Position numbers and translations under genes: made by a program
The notes under the pieces: generated by a model
The model's database searches: none
Seen by the model: only the letters and a program-made list of their open reading frames with translations
What the model was told of the DNA's origin: nothing
Part shown: in pieces, positions 60,812-64,000 of the stretch
How the letters are laid out: each line of letters begins with the position of its first letter
How positions within the stretch are numbered: the stretch's first letter is position 1
Source: Selaginella moellendorffii
Lineage: Eukaryota; Plantae; Lycopodiophyta
DNA length: 64,000 nucleotides
NCBI RefSeq assembly: GCF_000143415.4
Contig: NW_003314287.1
Span: 766,203-830,202 of the forward strand
Reading direction: 5' to 3'

Positions 60812-62000
60812 ATGCCACAGGAAAGCGCCGGACTTGTGGAGTGGTGCTGCGTCTGGCCATTCTTCGCCACGTCCTTGTGCTGCAAGGATCGCAAGAAGAT
60901 CGTCATCGTGTTGCTGGGGCTGGATTCCTCGGGGAAATCCACGCTGCTAGCCAAGCTTCGGTATCCCGCATTTTCTTGTTCTTTCGAGATTTCTCCCGGA
61001 AATCTTGGAACAGGAAGGAGAAATTCACATCGGTGCTCCCGACGTGTGGATTCTCGTGCAAGAAATGGAAGATCCAGGACTTCGCCGTCTATGTGTTTGA
61101 TTTGGGAGGACGCAAGGGATTCCGCGGCATTTGGCCTCACTACTTCGCAGAGGTAAGTATATTTTGCTTTTGCTTACACAGTGCAGGACATTTTTCCGCG
61201 GATTCTCTCAGGCCTATGGCGCGATCTTCGTTCTCGATTCCAACGACAAGGCTCGATTCTCCGAGGCCAAAGAGGAGCTCCAGAACGCTGTGAGCAACAC
61301 TTACCTGGTTGGAAAGCCTGTTCTCGTGGTGGCGAACAAGCAAGGACCGGGATCGGCAATGCGATTCGACGATATAAAATTTTCTCTGCGCCCTCTGGAA
61401 GCCGCTCACAATCTTGCTGAATGCAAGTGTAATCTACAGGTAAATTTTCTACGTACTATTTCATTAGTTTCTTCTTTCGTTAGAAGCTCAGGAAGGAGAC
61501 GCTGCGCTGGATGGAGATTTCCAAGAGGGTCTTCAATGGCTCCTAGAGACCATCCAGCTGCAGTACAAGGAGCTGCGAGATCGAGTAGACAAAGACTCGT
61601 CCGCTCAGGCAAGAGATCTTTTCTTTGTGTTACTCGAGCTTGTTGTGACTAGAGTTATCCGCAGCGAGCTCGAGAAAGCAGGCAAAGAAGCGAAAGGCGA
61701 GAGCGCATCAAGCTCATGAAGGTCTCAAAGTCACATATTGATTCCCCTGCTCGCTACATTTTCTTATGCAGGCTTCTCCGAGACTCCATCCCCCGAAAGG
61801 CGAGATTCATCTCTCGAAAGCGGAAGCACCATGCCCTGTGGAAGATTTGCTCTCAGAACTCGAATCAGTAAAAGAGGTTGTCGACTACGAGTTTCATCAG
61901 TCAACAACGTCCTTGCTACTTCCAGGCCAGATTGTCGTGTAAGATCGTTCTTTTTTTCTCTCGTAGAAGTAATATCGTCTTATTGATCGTCAGTTAAAAC
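60812..62000 (+). CDS. ARL13B: ARF-like GTPase, ARL13B-like, multi-exon (3' end approximate)
   Basis: LLGLDSSGKST (G1), PTCGF, FDLGGRKGFRGIW (no switch-II Gln), VLVVANKQ, followed by a WLL...L..RV..D coiled-coil extension; N-terminal Cys pairs. Confidence 0.72.
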
Positions 62001-62081
62001 GAGCGGATAAATTCACAGCTTCGCAGCACATCCTTCCTCGACTGCAAAGAAAAAGGAGAAAAATAAGTTCTTACGATCCAC

Positions 62082-63284
62082 TCACTTGGACCGTGTGATC
62101 ACTTGCTCGGTGAGCTCCGTCAGCGCTCTACGACACAAAGACGCCTTCTCCGAGGTCGTGGGAGGAAAGCCCGCGACCGCATCGGCGGCCTTGGACGCGT
62201 GCTCCCTGGCCAGCTCCTTGGTCTTGCGGATCCCACTGCTCGCCAGCACCATCTTGAGCGCACTGTCAACGTCCCCGGGATCCTTGAACTTCCGGTCGAT
62301 GAGCTCCTGTAGCGCCGGGTGCTCCTCGAGCGCGTAGAGCACCGGCGCGGTGGCAATCCCCTCCCGCAAGTCGGAGAGCGCGGGCTTCCCCAGCGACGCC
62401 TTGGTGCCCGTGAAGTCGAGGAGATCGTCGACGAGCTGATAGGCGAGGCCGAGGTGGCGGCCATAGTCAAAGGCCAGCGCCGCCACCTCCTTGGGGTGCC
62501 CGGCCAGGATGGCGATGCACTTGCAGCTATTGGCGATGAGCGAGGCCGTCTTGTAGAAGGTCTTCTGGAGGTAGTAGTCCATGCTCGAGCTCTTCTCGGC
62601 GTCCACTGTCCACTGCATCACCTCTCCGGCGACTAGATGCTCGAGAACTTTGGACATGAGGCCGACCACCTCGTCGTTCTGGAGCGTGGAGAGGCTAAAG
62701 GCGGCGCGGGCGAGGAGGAAGTCTCCGGCCAGGACCGCGAGCTTGTTGCCCATGATGAAGTTGAGCGAGGCGATCCCCCGGCGCGTGTCGGCGTGGTCGA
62801 GGACGTCGTCGTGGAGGAGGCTGGCGACGTGGATCATCTCGGTGATCTCCGCGAGCTTGTGGTGGCGCCAGTTCTTCTCATCGCTGGTGGCGGCGGCGGC
62901 GCTGGGGAGGACCATGGTGAGAGACGAGGACATGAGGAGGAGGACCATTGGCCGGAAGCGCTTGCCCTCCACGCCCAGCTTGAAGAAGTACTCGGCGGCG
63001 GAGGCGAGCTTGGGGACCTCGGCGGCAACCATGTCGCGCAGCCGCCGCCCTAACTGGGCCATCTCCTCTGCCACTAGACCAAATGGATCCACTTTGTTGT
63101 CGACGTCGATCTTCGGCTCGAGCTGGACAAAGCGGCGAGAATCCCAGCGCGCCGCCAGTGGCAGGAGCTTTCTTGGACAATCGGCCGCCCAGGGATGCGA
63201 TTGGATCGCCGCCGGTGTCGCTGTGATGGTCGAGGAGAGTGAGAGAATTCGGGGGAGAGCGCGGCGCCATACTGTCGCCGCCAT
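62082..63284 (-). CDS. trans-Polyprenyl/geranyl diphosphate synthase (mitochondrial solanesyl-PP synthase type), intronless
   Basis: GKRFRP, EMIHVASLLHDDVLD...RRG, KTASL, AYQLVDDLLD; likely start MAATVWRR at 63284. Confidence 0.92.
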   Translation of the reverse strand: MAATVWRRALPRILSLSSTITATPAAIQSHPWAADCPRKLLPLAARWDSRRFVQLEPKIDVDNKVDPFGLVAEEMAQLGRRLRDMVAAEVPKLASAAEYFFKLGVEGKRFRPMVLLLMSSSLTMVLPSAAAATSDEKNWRHHKLAEITEMIHVASLLHDDVLDHADTRRGIASLNFIMGNKLAVLAGDFLLARAAFSLSTLQNDEVVGLMSKVLEHLVAGEVMQWTVDAEKSSSMDYYLQKTFYKTASLIANSCKCIAILAGHPKEVAALAFDYGRHLGLAYQLVDDLLDFTGTKASLGKPALSDLREGIATAPVLYALEEHPALQELIDRKFKDPGDVDSALKMVLASSGIRKTKELAREHASKAADAVAGFPPTTSEKASLCRRALTELTEQVITRSK

Positions 63285-63417
63285 TGCTAGAGATCTAGGC
63301 CTGACCCGGCTAGGAAATCGCGATAGCGTACCCCATTGCGATCGCCTCCTTCCTCTTGTCAGCCGCCGTGCTCTCTTTTTAGGGCTTTGAGGGATTGTAA
63401 GGGTTTTCTGGCAAGCT

Positions 63418-63921
63418 ATGGGGTCGGGCGAGGACGATGACAAGATCAGAGCGTCCAAGAAGACGCTGACGGTGGTCATTGCGGCCATTCTGACGCTGCT
63501 CACGAGCTCGCAGGTGCGTACATTGCTAGATCCAGTGCTCCGATCGAAATTCTTTCTTTGCAGGGGATTCTTACGGCTCTTTCGCAATCCAATGGAGGCT
63601 ACGATTACGATTACGCTACCGTCCCATTCTTGTCCGAGCTGCTCAAGGTGTGAGATCTTGATCATTGTGAATTCCAATAAAGCTGAGGCTTTCGTGGTAT
63701 TTTAGCTTGCATTTTCGGGAGTTTTCCTCTGGAACGAAGTGAGATCGTCCAGTAGCACACAGATCACGGGCGATTGGAAGACAATGCGGCTGTATCCAAT
63801 TCCTTCCGTCATCTATCTCATTCACAACAATGTCCAGTTTGCGACACTGACTTACGTGGATACGTCGACTTACCAGATCATGGGAAATCTCAAGATCGTC
63901 ACGACTGGCATTCTTTTCCGG
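63418..63921 (+). CDS. Nucleotide-sugar transporter (CMP-sialic acid transporter-like), 5' exons; continues past the window
   Basis: LTLLTSSQ-GILTALSQSNGGYDYDYATVPFLSELLK-...YPIPSVIYLIHNNVQF...TYQIMGNLKIVTTGILFR with GT-AG introns. Confidence 0.88.
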
Positions 63922-64000
63922 TAAGCTCCGGAATTTCTTTTGATATTTGAGCTTTTATGGTTAAGACGTGGTGATCTCATAGTATCATGCTGAAGAAAAA

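Noticed and set aside
63285-63677. 131 aa N-terminal extension of the prenyl synthase ORF
   Set aside because: It overlaps the 5' exons of the opposite-strand transporter; MAATVWRR at 63284 gives a typical presequence and length.

Overview
Eukaryotic, plant nuclear DNA, most likely from a lycophyte such as Selaginella (inferred from ~40-60 bp introns, tight gene packing, many PLS-type PPR genes, a ciliary ARL13B-like GTPase and a peptidoglycan LysM-M23 gene). Two gene-dense arms flank a ~36 kb block of nested transposons (~10.6-46.4 kb). The left arm (0.2-8.9 kb) holds three PPR genes and a caleosin. The right arm (49.9-64 kb) holds a GRAS gene, a clade-3-type catalase, a PPR, a fibrillin, the LysM-M23 peptidase, ARL13B-like, a polyprenyl diphosphate synthase and a nucleotide-sugar transporter. 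The TE block contains LTR family A (a + oriented LTR pair and an old complete - strand chromodomain Gypsy), a hAT element with perfect TIRs/TSD, and a younger tandem chromodomain Gypsy (family B). Two things stand out. (1) A 12,957 bp DNA transposon (19541-32497; 24 bp TIRs, 4 bp TSD CATT) sits in the B gag gene. It carries a Sola-like DDD transposase and a divergent multi-exon cargo gene (ParB-like domain, degenerate N4/N6-methyltransferase-like fold, FCP1-like HAD phosphatase). About 25 copies of a 22 bp palindrome (ATGGCRTGNGGCCNCAYGCCAT) are scattered through it, making it a candidate self-recognition or anti-silencing system. (2) Three short intron-like insertions with AG-containing direct repeats interrupt the B integrase/chromodomain. 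All domain calls are by-eye motif recognition, not database searches.
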